A program made the translations under genes and the position numbers. The notes beneath the pieces were generated by a model. That model was not told the DNA's origin. It ran no database searches and was given only the letters and a program-made list of their open reading frames with translations. Below are positions 13,349 to 27,843 of a DNA stretch of 64,000 nt, one piece after another. This DNA is from Eledone cirrhosa (taxonomy: Eukaryota): contig OZ024747.1 of NCBI GenBank assembly GCA_964016885.1, forward strand, positions 21,514,001 through 21,578,000, in the 5' to 3' direction. Numbering within the stretch: the stretch's first letter is position 1; each line of letters begins with the position of its first letter.

Positions 13349-13847
13349 AAATACACTCTATTTTAATTATATATAGAGTAATCATTTAGATTATTCTATA
13401 TATAAATACACTCTATTTTAATTATATATAGAGTAATCATTTAGATTACTCTATATATAAATACACGCTATTTTAATTATATATAGAGTGATCATTTAGA
13501 TTACTCTATATATAAATACACTCTATTTTAATTATATATAGAGTAATCATTTAGATTACTCTATATATAAATACACTCTATTTTAATTATATATAGAGTA
13601 ATCATTTAGATTACTCTATATATAAACACACTCTATTTTAAGTATATATAGAGTAATCATTTAGATTACTCTATATATAAATACACTCTATTTTAATTAT
13701 ATATATAGAGTAATCATTTAGATTACTCTATATATAAATACACTCTATTTTAAGTATATATAGAGTAATCATTTAGATTACTCTATATATAAATACACTC
13801 TATTTTAATTATATATAGAGTAATCATTTAGATTACTCTATATATAC
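13349..13847. repeat. 55-bp tandem repeat (~9 copies), each unit with a 16-bp perfect inverted repeat
   Basis: Unit AATACACTCTATTTTAAT-TATATATAGAGTAATC-ATTTA-GATTACTCTATATATA. Confidence 0.95.
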
Positions 13848-15655
13848 TATTGTATTTTTGTGGTAAAGGTTTTATCTTACTTAATTATCTCACATAATAT
13901 CAAATCTATGAGGTTTTAAAGTTATTCATTTTGAGAACAATATCTTAACATCAGTATGAGCTGCCAGTTACAGCTGGTTTGAACAGAAAGAGGTAAGGGA
14001 ATTCTGGCTGGATATGGCGAGTTTAAATGCTAAAGGGTTATCGAAGAATTTTGTGGGATTTACTAAAAATCATTAATTATTTCATTACTAAGATAATAAC
14101 TCAATGTAAGGTTCTTATATAAAATTATGTTGGAAGATTTTTATTTAAATTGGAAACCCTTAAAATGGGTATTATTTCATAGAACCCGAGCCAGTTTTGC
14201 CCAGGTTGGTAACTAAAGGGTTTATATAGTCCTCAGGGAGATTCAGCATGGCACAGTATGTGACAAGGTTGGTCATTTAAAATAATCCAGCTGAGTGGTC
14301 TAGAGCAATGGGAAATAAAGTGCCTTGCTCAAGGACACAATGCACTGACTAATCCTTAAATTGAACTCCAAACCTTGCAATCATGAGCTGAACACCCTAA
14401 ACCGTTAAAATATAATAGTGCTCCTCATATATAATGTCTGCAAAAATAAATATACATTTTATTTGAAAAAAAAATGGTAACCCTCTTTCATGTGTTTATT
14501 TTGAGGGGAATAACAAATACATTAAGTTTTAATAAAAATGGTGCCCCTCTTCTCTTGATGTTCTAAGCATATGCCTATTTTATTTTATAGTTTATGCAAC
14601 CTTGAGATGGACCATCAATGTTCCAAATGTGTTGATGGTCCACATAGGGGAAAAGAAAATGGGTCTCCGTTTGGTTCTACAATGAGTGTTCCACTTGTTG
14701 AATCAATGGAATTGCCTGCTCATGTAATTAACATTCCACAGACATGTGTAACCTTAATGTGATTTTTAGGGAGATTCAACATGACACAGTGTGTGACAAG
14801 GCTAACCCTTTGAGTTTTAGGTACATTCCATATAATAGGCTTCCAAATGATTTGCATCTGTCCAATTTCACTCACAAGGTGTAGGTTGACCTGGGGCTAT
14901 TATAAATGACACTTGACCAAGATGATACATGGTGGAATTGAACCTGGTATCTAATGATTCCATTCGACCATATCCATGAGGAAGCATCAATACCAACACT
15001 GTAAATATCAACTCCCTTACCACTACTATTAACACTGCCAACGGTTACATCATCAACACTACTACTACATCCAATACCATAATTATCACCTCTCTTATCT
15101 CTACTACCAACACTAATACCATCACCCTTACCAACATCACCACTGCCACCATCACCACTACTGCCATCACCACTACCCCTATCACCACTTCCATCACCAC
15201 TGCCACCATCATCACTACCAACATCACTACTACCACCATCACCACTACATCACCACAATTATCACCTCTCTCATCACTACCACCAACACTGGTAATGCTA
15301 ACACCACCACCACTACTGCCATTACTATGATTCACCATACCATCCACTTTTAACAACACAGCACTACTACTAAAACCCTCATCATGACCATCTCCCAAAA
15401 TAGCTAATGAAAAGTAATAACCATCACACCATCCTGACTACCACCTCCACTACCTCCACCACCATTACTACCACCTCCACCACTACTATCACAGCTCTCA
15501 ATCATACTTTATTCCCACACACTTTATTCCTATCTTTCTACCACTTCTAAAGGAGAAAGACTGAAGATAATGGCTTAGATTAGCAGAATGAAGAAATAGG
15601 TCAGTAGGAACTGTGACAAATGCTCATTGATATAGATATATATATATAGATATAG

Positions 15656-15687
<32 letters not shown>

Positions 15688-16091
15688 ATATATCACACTC
15701 CATCAGTTTCAATGATAAGTGTTCCAATTGATCTGATGAACAGAACAGCCTGCTCATCTTGTGAAATTAATGTGCAAGTGGCTGAGCATTTCACAGACAC
15801 ATGTACCCTTAACTCATTTTTGCCAGCTAAGTGGACTGGAGCAACATGAAATAAAGTGTCTTGCTCAAGGACACAATGCCAGGAATCGAAATCAAGACCT
15901 TACAATTGTGAGCTTAATGCCCTAACCACAAAGCCAGGTGCCTTCATATATATATATAGAGAGAGAGAGAGAGATAGATATATAATAATAATGTCTATAA
16001 AAAATGTGCATAACAGAATGATGTAATGAAAAGACTGATGTTGAATATGTGATACTGTTTCTTTACCTTTTCTTAATATATGTATATATAT

Positions 16092-16092
<1 letters not shown>

Positions 16093-16122
<30 letters not shown>

Positions 16123-16592
16123 GGTTTAGCGTCCGTGTTCCACGCTTGCATGGGTTTGGACGGGGGTTTTCCCACTTGAGGCAAGAGTGGTTGTCTTGCT
16201 CGCATAGGACTGTCTGGCGGGTTTTCTACAGTTGGATGCCCTTCCTAACACCAACCACATTTACAGTGTGGGGCTGGGAGGTTTTTACCGTGTTGCCTAC
16301 ACGGCCACATTACAGCGTGGACTGTCTGGCGGGTTTTCTACAGCTGGATGCCCTTCCTAACACCAACCACATTTACAGTGTGGGGCTGGGAGGTTTTTAC
16401 CGTGTTGCCTACACGGCCACATTTACAGCGTGGACTGTGTGTTTTTTTTGTCGTGACACCTACACGATCTCATTTGTTTCGGCCTGGATGTTGTGGGACC
16501 AACATAACTGTACATTGAAAGGGGCGGTGTGGATGGGGTGGAGGTGGTGGGACGGGGGGGTGTTTTGATAGAGATGCCTACTGACTGTAGTA
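16093..16592 (-). mobile_element. RTE-tailed non-autonomous retroelement (plus-strand copy 46383-46770; relative 51590-51985)
   Basis: Reverse complement of 46383-46770; (ATG)n tail; internal ~112 bp tandem duplication (16207/16319). Confidence 0.75.
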
Positions 16593-16599
16593 GGTTTTT

Positions 16600-16915
16600 A
16601 CTTTGTATTTAGGTAAGGCGGGTCTTCTCTATTACTGAGTACCGCCAAAGGTCTCGGTCCAGTGACATTGTCTTGGAGAGGTGTAAGCGTGTGAGGTCGG
16701 AATTTATCAGCTCGTCCCATGTTTTTCTGGGTCTGCCTACTCCGTGGCCACCGTCTATCTTTATTGCCCTGCACTTTGTTATACAGCTGTCGTCTTTCAT
16801 GCGCATCACGTGACCGTACCAACGTAGCCTTCTCTCGAGTAAACAACATCTGATCCCTCTTATTTCTAATTTTTTCCTTAGTTCGTTTATGCTTTGCCGT
16901 TCACGTATATTACTA
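16600..16915 (-). mobile_element. RTE LINE 3' coding fragment
   Basis: [31 protein letters not shown]...GRPRKTW. Confidence 0.85.
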
Positions 16916-16921
16916 TTGCAC

Positions 16922-16957
<36 letters not shown>

Positions 16958-16976
16958 ATATATATATATACATATA

Positions 16977-17123
<147 letters not shown>

Positions 17124-18051
17124 ATATATATACAACACATGTGTGTGCATGTGTGTCTGCATTTACATTTTCTCAGCATAACAACTGATGCTATTTGTTT
17201 ATGACCTGTAACATCCATTGACTGACTTGTCATCAACCTTAGGTAGGGAAGAATATAGATGGACAGATTGATAAGATTGGTAGATAAATACAGAGAGAAA
17301 GAGGGACAGACAGGAAGACTGAGAGAAGACAGAAGGAGTCTGTGATATACTTATAACTGGGAGATACAGCATTTTTTTTATTTTTAATCTCAACTACAGA
17401 ATGTTTCTTTCTTTTGCACGTGCATTATTAATTATTAATTAATAAAAACAACTTCTTAGAAATGCTACCATGACGTCATAGTTTGACAGACAGACAGATT
17501 TGGCAAGCCATATAATATAGATTGCTGCGTCTGTCCATCAGTCATGTTATGATGTCACAGTACTGTTTCGAAATTATTTTAATTAGTTTAAAGCACATGC
17601 CCCCCTCAAAAAAACGTAAGGTTTTATAGTCAAGTACTTTTTTTAACAAAAAATACTGCATCTGCCAGTTAGATTTATATCTCATTGTCTTTGTCTTGTT
17701 TGACTGTTTCTCTGTCTGTCTCTCACAAAACAGCATTATCACATTAAAAATTAATATCATTAACTTACTGTAAATTTTCACAGTAATCTGTCTACAAGTT
17801 AAGATAATGTAAATATTTCAATTAAGAAATCAATATTTATATATTTTATACTAATCCATAATAGGATGTCAATAATTAACATGTATGTAGCAACATGTAT
17901 GTATTTACATAAATGTATGACTGGAGTGGTGTGGAAAATACCCAGTAACATCTTCTGCATGAAAAACAAATAGTAAAAACAAATAGTCAGTACTAACATA
18001 TCTAATGAAGTGAGTCAAGAAATCCTTATTACTAAAATATGTCCCAAAAAT

Positions 18052-18178
18052 CTACCATACATCCTGGAGGCTGAAGGCTGCATTTTTCAGTATTATTTTT
18101 TTTTTCAAATTTTTGGTTGTAAAAGTTAGGGTGCGTCCTTGAGGATGAAGCGTCTTCGGCGTCGGGAAATACGATAAT
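18052..18178. mobile_element. pogo/Tigger-like MITE remnant
   Basis: TACCATACATCC ... GGGAAATACGATA resembles TA-CCGTATTTCCC Tigger-type TIRs. Confidence 0.45.
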
Positions 18179-20070
18179 TAAAATGGCACTTATTGTTACA
18201 ATAAAAATCATTAGTTTAGTTCTTGGTCAAGAATGATAAAAGACAAAACCACATAATTTCTATAAATTATAATTAATTTGAATTAATCAAAGAGGTTTAT
18301 TGGTCAACTATGTTATGTATATTAGCATTGACTTTACTATATATACATACTTTGCAGATTTTTACTTTATTAATTCTGGCAAGATGGATTTTGCCTTTCA
18401 TCCTTCTGAGGCAAATGAAATAAATTACCAGTCAAATACTAGGTTTCATATATTCAACTATCCTCCCCCCAAATTGCTGGCCTTGTGCCTAAATTAGAAA
18501 TCATTATGTATATTACCAATGACTTTACTTAGCATACTTTGTAGGGGGTTTGTTGTTTGTTTTGTTTTTGTTTGTTTTTTGTTCTATTTCCACACTAAAA
18601 TCCACCAAGGTCAATAAAATAAAGTACCAATCCTTGATTGTAGAATAACAGAATTGTTAGAGCATTGGATAAGATACTTTGCAATATTTGCTCTGGCTCA
18701 TTGCATTCTAGGTTCAAACCCTATCGGTCCATATTTGGGGAATAGCTTAATCCATCAGCTGGTTTAACTCCACTACCTCACTTTTGTGTATCATTAGTGA
18801 AATCCAATCTGTTATAATCTTTCAGGATAGGTCTTTCATTTGAAAATAGTTTCCACCCTCCCTCATAGCTATCTCAGAGGTCCTGAAAAAAGGGGCTTAT
18901 GCACTGCTGTCCTCTCCTCACTAAGTGATAAAAAATATTTGGTCAGTTTACACAGAGATAGCCTTTATCTTTCCTTTCTCTATATATGTAAGTCTTCTAT
19001 ATATTAACCACTGATATTCTGACCTAAACATAACAGCCTCTCTTCACATCTCCTAACATATTTTTTTAGTGCTGTAATTGCTGTGTATTTTGTTAGCTAC
19101 ATTAACCCTCTGCCCTCTCTTCTCCCTCAGAGTAACACTCTACCTCCTTCCGCCATTGGTCTATATACTATTTAATGACATTGTTTTGTAAATAAAACCC
19201 CTAGAGCATTGTTAAAAGCTTTCTAGTGTGTCTGTCTATCTATTTCATCCGGTTTGTTTTTAATTTGGTTTTTGCTCAGTGTATGTGTGTATGTTTCTTT
19301 CTATTCTTTTTTTTTTTTTGGCTTGATAAATAAATCTCACAGAAAATGTTGATATTGATATTGCTCACATATTGATTGCTTCCCTGATGTTACTTTCATA
19401 TAATTCCCATCATCATCATCATCATCATCAGTTTTAAGTCTGCTTTTTTTTAAGCTAGAATAAGTTCGATGAGATGTGTTGAGGCATCATTTGAGGACTA
19501 GATGCTCTACTTGCTACCAACCTTTACATGTTTTTAAGTAAGGTACATTATGTTTTGTCCAATTCTATGCAGGAGCAGGAACTTTATTTTATCAACTCCA
19601 GAAAAATGAAAAGCACAGTTGACCTTAGCAGGATTGGACATAAAGAGATATAACTAAATGCCACATGACATTTTGACCTAAACATTCTACTAATTCATCA
19701 CCCTATTTTGTCTTATATATTAACTTTATAATATACAAGTACACTCTGTTAAATGGTTGGTAATAGAAACATCCTTCAGACATAAAAAGACTGGCTAATC
19801 AAAGAGCCAGAAGGACATTCCAACACTGTCAAGCACATAGCAATCTCCTTAGTATTAGTACCATGATAAAATGTACTCAGTAGAGTGCAGGAATGTATGT
19901 AAGTAAGATGCAGGCATTTTGTTAAAGTTAACCTCAGTAGAATTTGAACTCAGAGATATCTTATATTTACCATTAGAGTTGCAGATGGGGCCACTGGGAG
20001 TTGTAACAGCAAACATGGTTCATGGCTACTTTCAAGCATGGTAGTTTGGGTAAAGTCTTATGCAGTAGAA

Positions 20071-20428
20071 CAGAGATTCTCAAACTTTTGAAGCCACCAC
20101 CCCGTTCTTGGCCATGTAATACCCTCAGCGCCCCCCAACCCTATTTCCAGAGAGACCTGATTACACGTAAATTGTAAATAATTTATAATAAATAAAATCA
20201 TTAATTTATATATAATAAATAATATAATATATACTATGTATAAATAAATATCATATATTTTTTATTTTACTATATTTATATATATGTATCATTTGATATT
20301 TAATATACAATTATATCATCTCTACTGCCCCCTATCACCTACATAGGCCCCAGCGTCCCCTGGGCCATCTTAACCCCCCCCCCCCCCATACACCCCCATG
20401 GTTATAGCGCCCACTTTGAGAACCTCTG
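20071..20428. mobile_element. hAT (Charlie-like) MITE with 8-bp TSD
   Basis: TIRs CAGAGATTCTCAAA / TTTGAGAACCTCTG; TSD CAGTAGAA at 20063-20070 and 20429-20436. Confidence 0.9.
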
Positions 20429-20989
20429 CAGTAGAACATGTCAGTTTAAGTGGATTATTACCCCTTTTGATACCAAATTGTCTTAGACTGCTTCTGGTTA
20501 ACAATAAACAAAAACTGCTTGTTTTAGGGTGTTTATATTTATCTAACCCCCCCCCCCCCCCCCCCCCCCATTATAATTTATTATAATTTATTCTAATTTA
20601 TTCCAAATGCTAGCTTAATAATGAGAAAGTTATTTTACAAATTCTTAATTATTTTCAAAATTATTTGAAAACCATAGGCAGTATTTTTCATTAGAAATAT
20701 GGTAATGAAAGGGTTTAATAAAGACATTTTACCAAATCTAACCAAATTCTTGATTACTTTCAATCTTTTTTTAATTGAAAGGCAGTGGCTTTCATTGCTA
20801 CAGTAGGTTAAGTCTAAGTAAAGAAATATATATGTCAGTACTGGTCACTCACCCAGCATCTATTTCTGACCATTACATCACTAAGAGGATGTTGTATAGT
20901 AGTAGTAACAGTAGTAGTGGTGGTATTGGTGGCAGTGGTGGAGGTTATGATGGTAGTGTTGGTATTAGTAATAACAATCATTGTGAGAA

Positions 20990-21066
<77 letters not shown>

Positions 21067-21271
21067 CAAACAGACATACAGATTGGCTGACAGACAGACA
21101 GTTGGGCAGACAAACAGACAGGCAGACACAGGCGTAAAGGTTTCTGGGGCACTGTTGTTACATTCTCAATAGGTTTAAAATTTTGTTTTACTACCTCTGT
21201 TTGTGCATTTGTTTCTACTTCAACTGCTTCTACCACCACTACTACTGCCTCTACTACTATTGCTTCTATTA

Positions 21272-21308
<37 letters not shown>

Positions 21309-23211
21309 GCCTCTACTACTATTGCTTCTATTATACTACTACTACTACTACCACCACCACCACTACTACTGCCTCTACTACTACTACTAACAATAATTGC
21401 TTCTACATTTGGCACATGCCAGCAATTTGAAGGGAAGGGGAATGTTGATTAAATTGACACCAGTGTATTACTGGTACTATATTTTATTGACTCTGTAAGT
21501 ATAAAGAGCAAAGTTGACTGCAATGGAATTTGAAAGTAGAACAAAGGGCTGTAACTAAATTCTTCAAAGACATGGGTCCTTCCCTTCCTTCTATAACTAA
21601 ACAGAAAAAGAAAAAAAAACTTGCAAACCTTAACCATTTGGTGATAAATAAGTATGTATGTATGTATGGTCCCATAACTCCTGGTAAAGTCATAGGGGCG
21701 CTGTATTGACATACAGCGTTTCTTGGACATTTTAGGCCTGGCAGAGCCCACCCCTCTCCAGGCCTGAGTACAGAGAAAGACAGAAAGGGCGAGAGAGGAA
21801 ATGAGAAAGAGTTAGAGAGGAAGAATCGACCTCAGTACTAGACTGGTACTTTTTTATCGATCTCGAAAGGATGAAAGGCAAAGTTGACCTTGGTGGGATT
21901 TGAACTCCAACAGCAGGGAGCCAGAACGAATACCATAAAACATTCTATTTGACATTCTAACAACTCTGCCAATTCACTGCCTATAAATACACATAGAAAC
22001 AGAAAAATATGTCTGTTCAATATCTTTGTAACAATTTCTACTTTAATTTAAGGGAAGGGGAAAGTTGATTATATCGACCCGTACTTGACTGGTACTGTAT
22101 TTTATCAATCCCAGGTGAATGAAAGGTAAAGTTGACTTCAGCACATAAAGAGCCAGAACACTGATAAACTATTTCCTGACACTTAATGACACTGCCATTC
22201 AGCCTCCCCCAGTATCTATATTGTAAAAATCTTTTCTAATCTATTTGAAACCAATTTCTTACATTCCACAAAAACCAACTCCATCTCATCACCATATCAC
22301 CATTACTCAATATCCACCACCACAACAACCACTACTACCACCATCTCTATCATCACAACCATACCATTACACCCTCCTATCATTATCACAACCACCATCA
22401 CTACCATTACAACCATTGCTACAATCATCACTATTATCACAACCAGCATCACCACCATCACAGCCACCACTACCATCATTACAACTACCACTGCCATCAT
22501 GAAATGAAGAAGGAATCGATCAATAAAAAATAATGAATAAATACTGAATAACTCCTGAAAGTAAATAAATCATAACTGAAAACAGAGTAAGAAAATCCCA
22601 AAGCTCTCATAATGAGAATATTGAATTCTTCACACTTTGCAAGATTGAAGAAGCTCTTAATGAATTCATGTAAAAAGACCAAATAAATATTGTAACAGCT
22701 GCTTGGGCCTTCTTTCATAAGATAAGTATGAGAACTGCACACCTCGAAAATTTTGCTTCAACACCTCTGCACAGATTTGACCTGTTACTGACTGATTGGT
22801 GGAAGATGTCCAATATCTGTCTGTGTACATCACACATCTTTGATGACTACAGATACTTCATTACATCTTGTTTTGTATATTGTTTGTCTTTTATGTCTGC
22901 CAAATAATCTTGAATTAATTTCTGGAAAAATAGATAAAGAGTAGTTTTAATTCTTTATTCATAAATCTGAAAAAGAAGGGACAAGACCTATAGTCAATAT
23001 TATTTAGTCTGGTGAATAGTGAAAGGAGAAAGGAATAACATTAATGTTTTCTTCAATGGATGTCTGAGAAAATGGGTAACTGTTGTATTTTCTCACCCAA
23101 CAAGAGGTAAATGATCAACTGTACTACAAAGCTAGTTATAATAGTATGGTCTCTGAAATAAAATATCTGTGGTGCAGATGACTAGGCCACATGTTCAGAA
23201 TGGACCTGGAC

Positions 23212-23499
23212 AGGATACAAAACATACTGTTTAAAATGGACATCATATGAAAAGGATACAAAACATACTGTTTAAAATGGACATCATATGAAAAGGATAC
23301 AAAACATACTGTTTAAAATGGACATCATATGAAAAGGATACAAAACATACTGTTTAAAATGGACATCACATGAAAAGGATACAAAACATACTGTTTAAAA
23401 TGGACATCACATGAAAAGGATACAAAACATACTGTTTAAAATGGACATCACATGAAAAGGATACAAAACATACTGTTTAAAATGGACATCACATGAAAA
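23212..23499. repeat. 41-bp tandem repeat x7 inside a decayed RTE 3' fragment
   Basis: Unit AGGATACAAAACATACTGTTTAAAATGGACATCA(T/C)ATGAAA; upstream flank translates LGHMFRMD (RTE W.GHV.RM motif). Confidence 0.9.
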
Positions 23500-26270
23500 G
23501 TAAAAGCCTAAATGGCCAAAGAACACCTGATATTGAGCAGTTGAAGGTGGGCTGAGAGAACTATATCTTCCATAGGACAGCAGACAGTCTGAATGGCTTC
23601 ACATTGTTAAAGTTTTATGTCCCAATTGGCAAGAAGTGGATTAACTCTTTTGATACCAAACCACCTGAAACAGCACTGGATTTATTATACAAAACTACCT
23701 TTTTTAAATTGTTTATACTTATATTATAAACTTACATCATAATTTTATTCTAGAAATATTTCTTAAATAATGATCTAAATACCAGATTACTAAAGAAATA
23801 CTTAGATATATTAAATTCCTTACAATATTTGATTGTGTTCAAACTTAATTGAAATATACTGGCAGACTAATTTCATTAGAAACAAAAGGGTTGATAGATT
23901 GTGGTTTTTGTTGCTTAGCATCATATCAAGCTTGATTGAGCAAATGTGTAATCTACAGTTTGTTTGGGCATGTATCATTTACTATAGCCTCAGGTCATTG
24001 CAAGATTTGCAAGTGAAATTTCATAGACAGAAATTGTTTAGAAGCCTGTCAGATGAGTTGTACCAGTAAGTCAAAAGGCCAGCCATGTTACACACTGTAT
24101 TACACTGAATCTCTCTGACAATTACAGTATAGGTACACCTGTCTGTGGAATGCTCTGACACTTAACATTAACTCGGGAGCACATTGTTCCATTGATCAAA
24201 CAACTGGAACTTGTTGTCAAAACTGACGGTAGTCTATTTTTTCGTTTCCATTATTGCCTGCCAAAGTATTTTAAATTAAATTCTATAAAATAGAAGTAAC
24301 AAATGCATGGTGAAAAAAAATAATGGTATCTTTTTTTTAATTTTAACCCTTTTATTGTCATATTTCTAATTCAATATAATGTACCTGAATTAATTAATGA
24401 AGAATTTGAAGAGATTTACTAAAACTATTAACATAACTTAGTAAAAGGGTCTTATATAAAATTACGTTGAAAGATTTGAATTTACATTGGAACCCTTTAA
24501 AATAAGTAGTCTTTGAGCTAAGAACAGTTTAGGGCAGGTTGGTATCAAAAGGATTAAATTCTCTATTCATAAATCCTTGAAAAGGAAGGGAAAATACATA
24601 GTCTATTTTATTAAAACATTTTTTCATTCTCTCTCTCCTTCTTACTGTTTAGTCAGGGAAGATAGGAGAGGGTGATGCTCATGACCCTTTTCAAGGCCTC
24701 TGAGACAGGTGAAATGGAGGAGAAATATCATCCACAAGCCAAAATTCTGGTCCAAAAGCTTGCAACAGAGCAGACTTTGTTAAAGGCAGCTAAGGGCCAG
24801 ATGGTGGTGTTTAAGTGGAGAATTGATAACTCTTACCATTCTATAATGATTTAAGAGAAAATGTCTAGAACAGGTCTGTTAATTGTGGACAGATCACTGT
24901 GAAAATTTGCTGTAATAGTGGAAAGACTTTGATTTTTAATGTAATGCCGTCATTCATGTTAAAAATAATGTTAGGTATGCATGGTCAATTAATTAAATAA
25001 TAATTAAAAGACAGGTGCAATAAAAAAAATATAAATAAAAATGTTAATTAATTAAATGCAATTAGTAACAGACATCACAAAATATCTTCAAACCAAAATA
25101 TTCTTATCAACTATTAATTCAATTAAATTGTTGATATTTGTCATCATTGATAGAATGTACTGCAGCCAATTTTTTAATGAAAAATATTGAGGAAAAATAA
25201 TCAAGAATAAAAATCAATAACATTAAATAAAATATGTGGATTATTTAAATTCAAACCATGACTTGTTGAAGTAATTAAAGTTATCCTCCTTACATTAGAG
25301 AGTGTGTCACTTCCTGTAAAACTAATGTAAACATTAAGCCTTATGAATTATAAAGTGTTGGGAATGTTTAAAATTTAAAAATATGGAAGTCCCAAATGTA
25401 AAAAATGGCTATAATAACAGTCAATCCTTATAAACAATAGGTGGGAAAGTTGGGTAAATTACCCTTAACCATTTAGCATTTAGCATTTACAGTCAGAAAC
25501 AATCCTATATGAGTGAGACAAAGTCACCGAACCCAACTTGCCTCAAATGGGACAAACCCGGCTAACCTATGATGGCATGGAAGATAGACGTTATATGATG
25601 ATGATGATGATTACTTTATATTTATTAGTTTATTTTCACAGTAAAGGCTTTATTTCATATAATTACCTCACATGATATTGAATCTATGAGATTTTGATAC
25701 TATTTATTTTGAGAACAATACCTTAACATCGGTATGAGTGGCTTGTTACAACCAGTTTGAACAGAAAGAGGTGAATTGTGGCCGGATATGGCCACTTTAA
25801 ATGCTAAAGGGTTAAACAGAAAGAGATGAAAGAATTATGGCCAGATGCTAAAAGGTTAAAGAGGGGTAAAAAAGTAGACAGAGGCACAGACACGTGTTAT
25901 TACAATTATTTTCTACTTTTGGGACTCTCACATTTTAATGTTTGTATTGTACTTCTCAAGACTCTTTTGTTAATATGATTTTGTGTAAAACAGAATGTTA
26001 TAAATTAAAACTTACTCCCAGTCAAACAATTACAGAAACCCACATATACACACAGATATCATCATTACAATCTGAGTTCAAATCCCGCCGAGGTTGACTT
26101 TGCCTTTCATCCTTACGGGGTCGATAAAATAAAGTACCAGTAATGCACTGGGTAATTGCTGGCCTTGTGCCTAAAGTAGAAACAATCATTACCACTGTTT
26201 AACGTCCATTTTCCATGTTGGCTAGGTTTAGACAAAAATGGTCACAAAAATCTTATCATATGGTTATAAT

Positions 26271-26459
26271 TATTTCTACTTTTGGCACAAGGCCAGCAAT
26301 TACCCCAGTGCATTACTGGTGCTTTATTTTATTGACCCCATAAGGATGAAATGCAATGTTAACCTTGGCGGGATTTGAACTCAGAACATAAAGGGCGTAA
26401 CCTTATGCTGCAAAGCATGGTGTCTGATGCTCTACCGATACTGCCAATCAACCACCTTT
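26271..26459 (-). mobile_element. tRNA-derived SINE with Meta-like central domain and 14-bp TSD
   Basis: Minus strand has B-box GAGTTCAAATCCC and CATCCTTATGGGGTCAATAAAATAAAG body; TSD CATATGGTTATAAT at 26257-26270 and 26460-26473. Confidence 0.9.
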
Positions 26460-26858
26460 CATATGGTTATAATACATACTAGTTAGTCATGAATACTACT
26501 AAGTCTTTAGACAAAATGGTCACAACTAGAAATGGTAAACAAATTCAGCTTATAATCTGATTCTAAAGATTTAGTAGTATACATGACTAACTAGTATGTA
26601 CTATAACGATATGATACATTTTTTGTGACCATTTTGTCTTGTTAGTATACATTACAGCCACATGATATGATTTTTTGCCTCATTACAAGGCTGATAAACA
26701 CTTATAATTAGCAAAGGAAGTTCACTTTGTTGACATTATAAATGATGTTAGGATGTTATTTCATGCTCCATTTATCTCATAACATTACAGTCAAATCTTT
26801 CTGAGATGTCCAGTCTTAGAATTACAAATACGGCACTACTGCTACTACTACTACTACA

Positions 26859-26890
<32 letters not shown>

Positions 26891-27403
26891 CACCACTACC
26901 AACAACAACACTACGACTACTACTGCTACTACTATACTATTATGACAACTACTACTATCTTATCTGTAGTGTCCAGTTTAAAGACAATGGAGGTGTTTTT
27001 GAGGGAGATTTAGCTGCTACATTTAGCAAATTGTGAAACAACTTAACTGCAGCTCCCTTGGTTATTTTAAGGACAGGTGAGGGTTTGATGAGGAACATTT
27101 AGGCCACTACATCGATTCTTAACATCCTGTAATGATTTAGTAGAAAATATCTAAAAATAGGGCTTGTTAATTCAAATGTTTATAGTATCTTTAGATATGA
27201 ATACTGGCATGACAATGTATTAAAGAAATTTGTATTATAATCATTATACATGGCTAGGTTTCATGCCAGTATGTCTGACCTTGAGCAAGTACCGTACCTT
27301 CTACCATAAATTTGCGAATGAAATAAGGTAGCTGGAAACTATGAGGAAGCCTGTTAGATGGTCTATATCTATTCTTAGGTGGAACATGTTGTATGTTCTC
27401 CTA

Positions 27404-27625
27404 TTTAACCCTTTAGCATTTACATTACTCTATTGTATTTTCATGGTAAAGGCTTTACCTCACATAATTATCTCACATAATATCGAATCTATGACATTTT
27501 GTTATTATTTATTTTGAGAACAATACCTTAATATAAGTATGAGTGGTCAGTTATGGTCTGTTTGAACAGAAGGAAGTGAAAGAATTCTGGCCAGATACGA
27601 CTGGTTTAAATGCTAAAGGGTTAAT
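27404..27625. mobile_element. piggyBac-like MITE, family 2 (copies 13835-14040 and 25466-25815, the latter interrupted by an RTE-tail insert)
   Basis: TTAA-CCCTTTAGCATTTA ... TAAATGCTAAAGGG-TTAA perfect TIRs. Confidence 0.85.
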
Positions 27626-27843
27626 ACCACCATCTGACTCTTAAGTGCCTTTATCAATGATTACTCTGTTGCAAGCATGCAGACCAGGTCATCAATTTCT
27701 TCTTCATTTTCCCCAACCAATAATCTTGAATGGTCTGCAAATAAAAATAAAAAACTATATGAATGTTGTCTTCCCTTCTCTGATTCAGTTATAAAAACCA
27801 CATGCCATGAGAGGAAGCAGGAAAAGTGGATGTGTACCTTCAA

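Noticed and set aside
13349-13847. CRISPR-like array of palindromic repeats
   Set aside because: No unique spacers, eukaryotic context, no cas genes; the same applies to 23212-23499 and 60972-61136
17465-17485. CRE/ATF palindrome TGACGTCA as a regulatory site
   Set aside because: A single 8-mer is expected by chance in 64 kb and there is no promoter context
22590-22860. Possible host exon
   Set aside because: Multiple stops; faint resemblance to a decayed LINE RT N-terminal region, too weak to call
24650-24860. Possible small coding exon in unique sequence
   Set aside because: No recognisable homology or clear splice structure; needs RNA-seq
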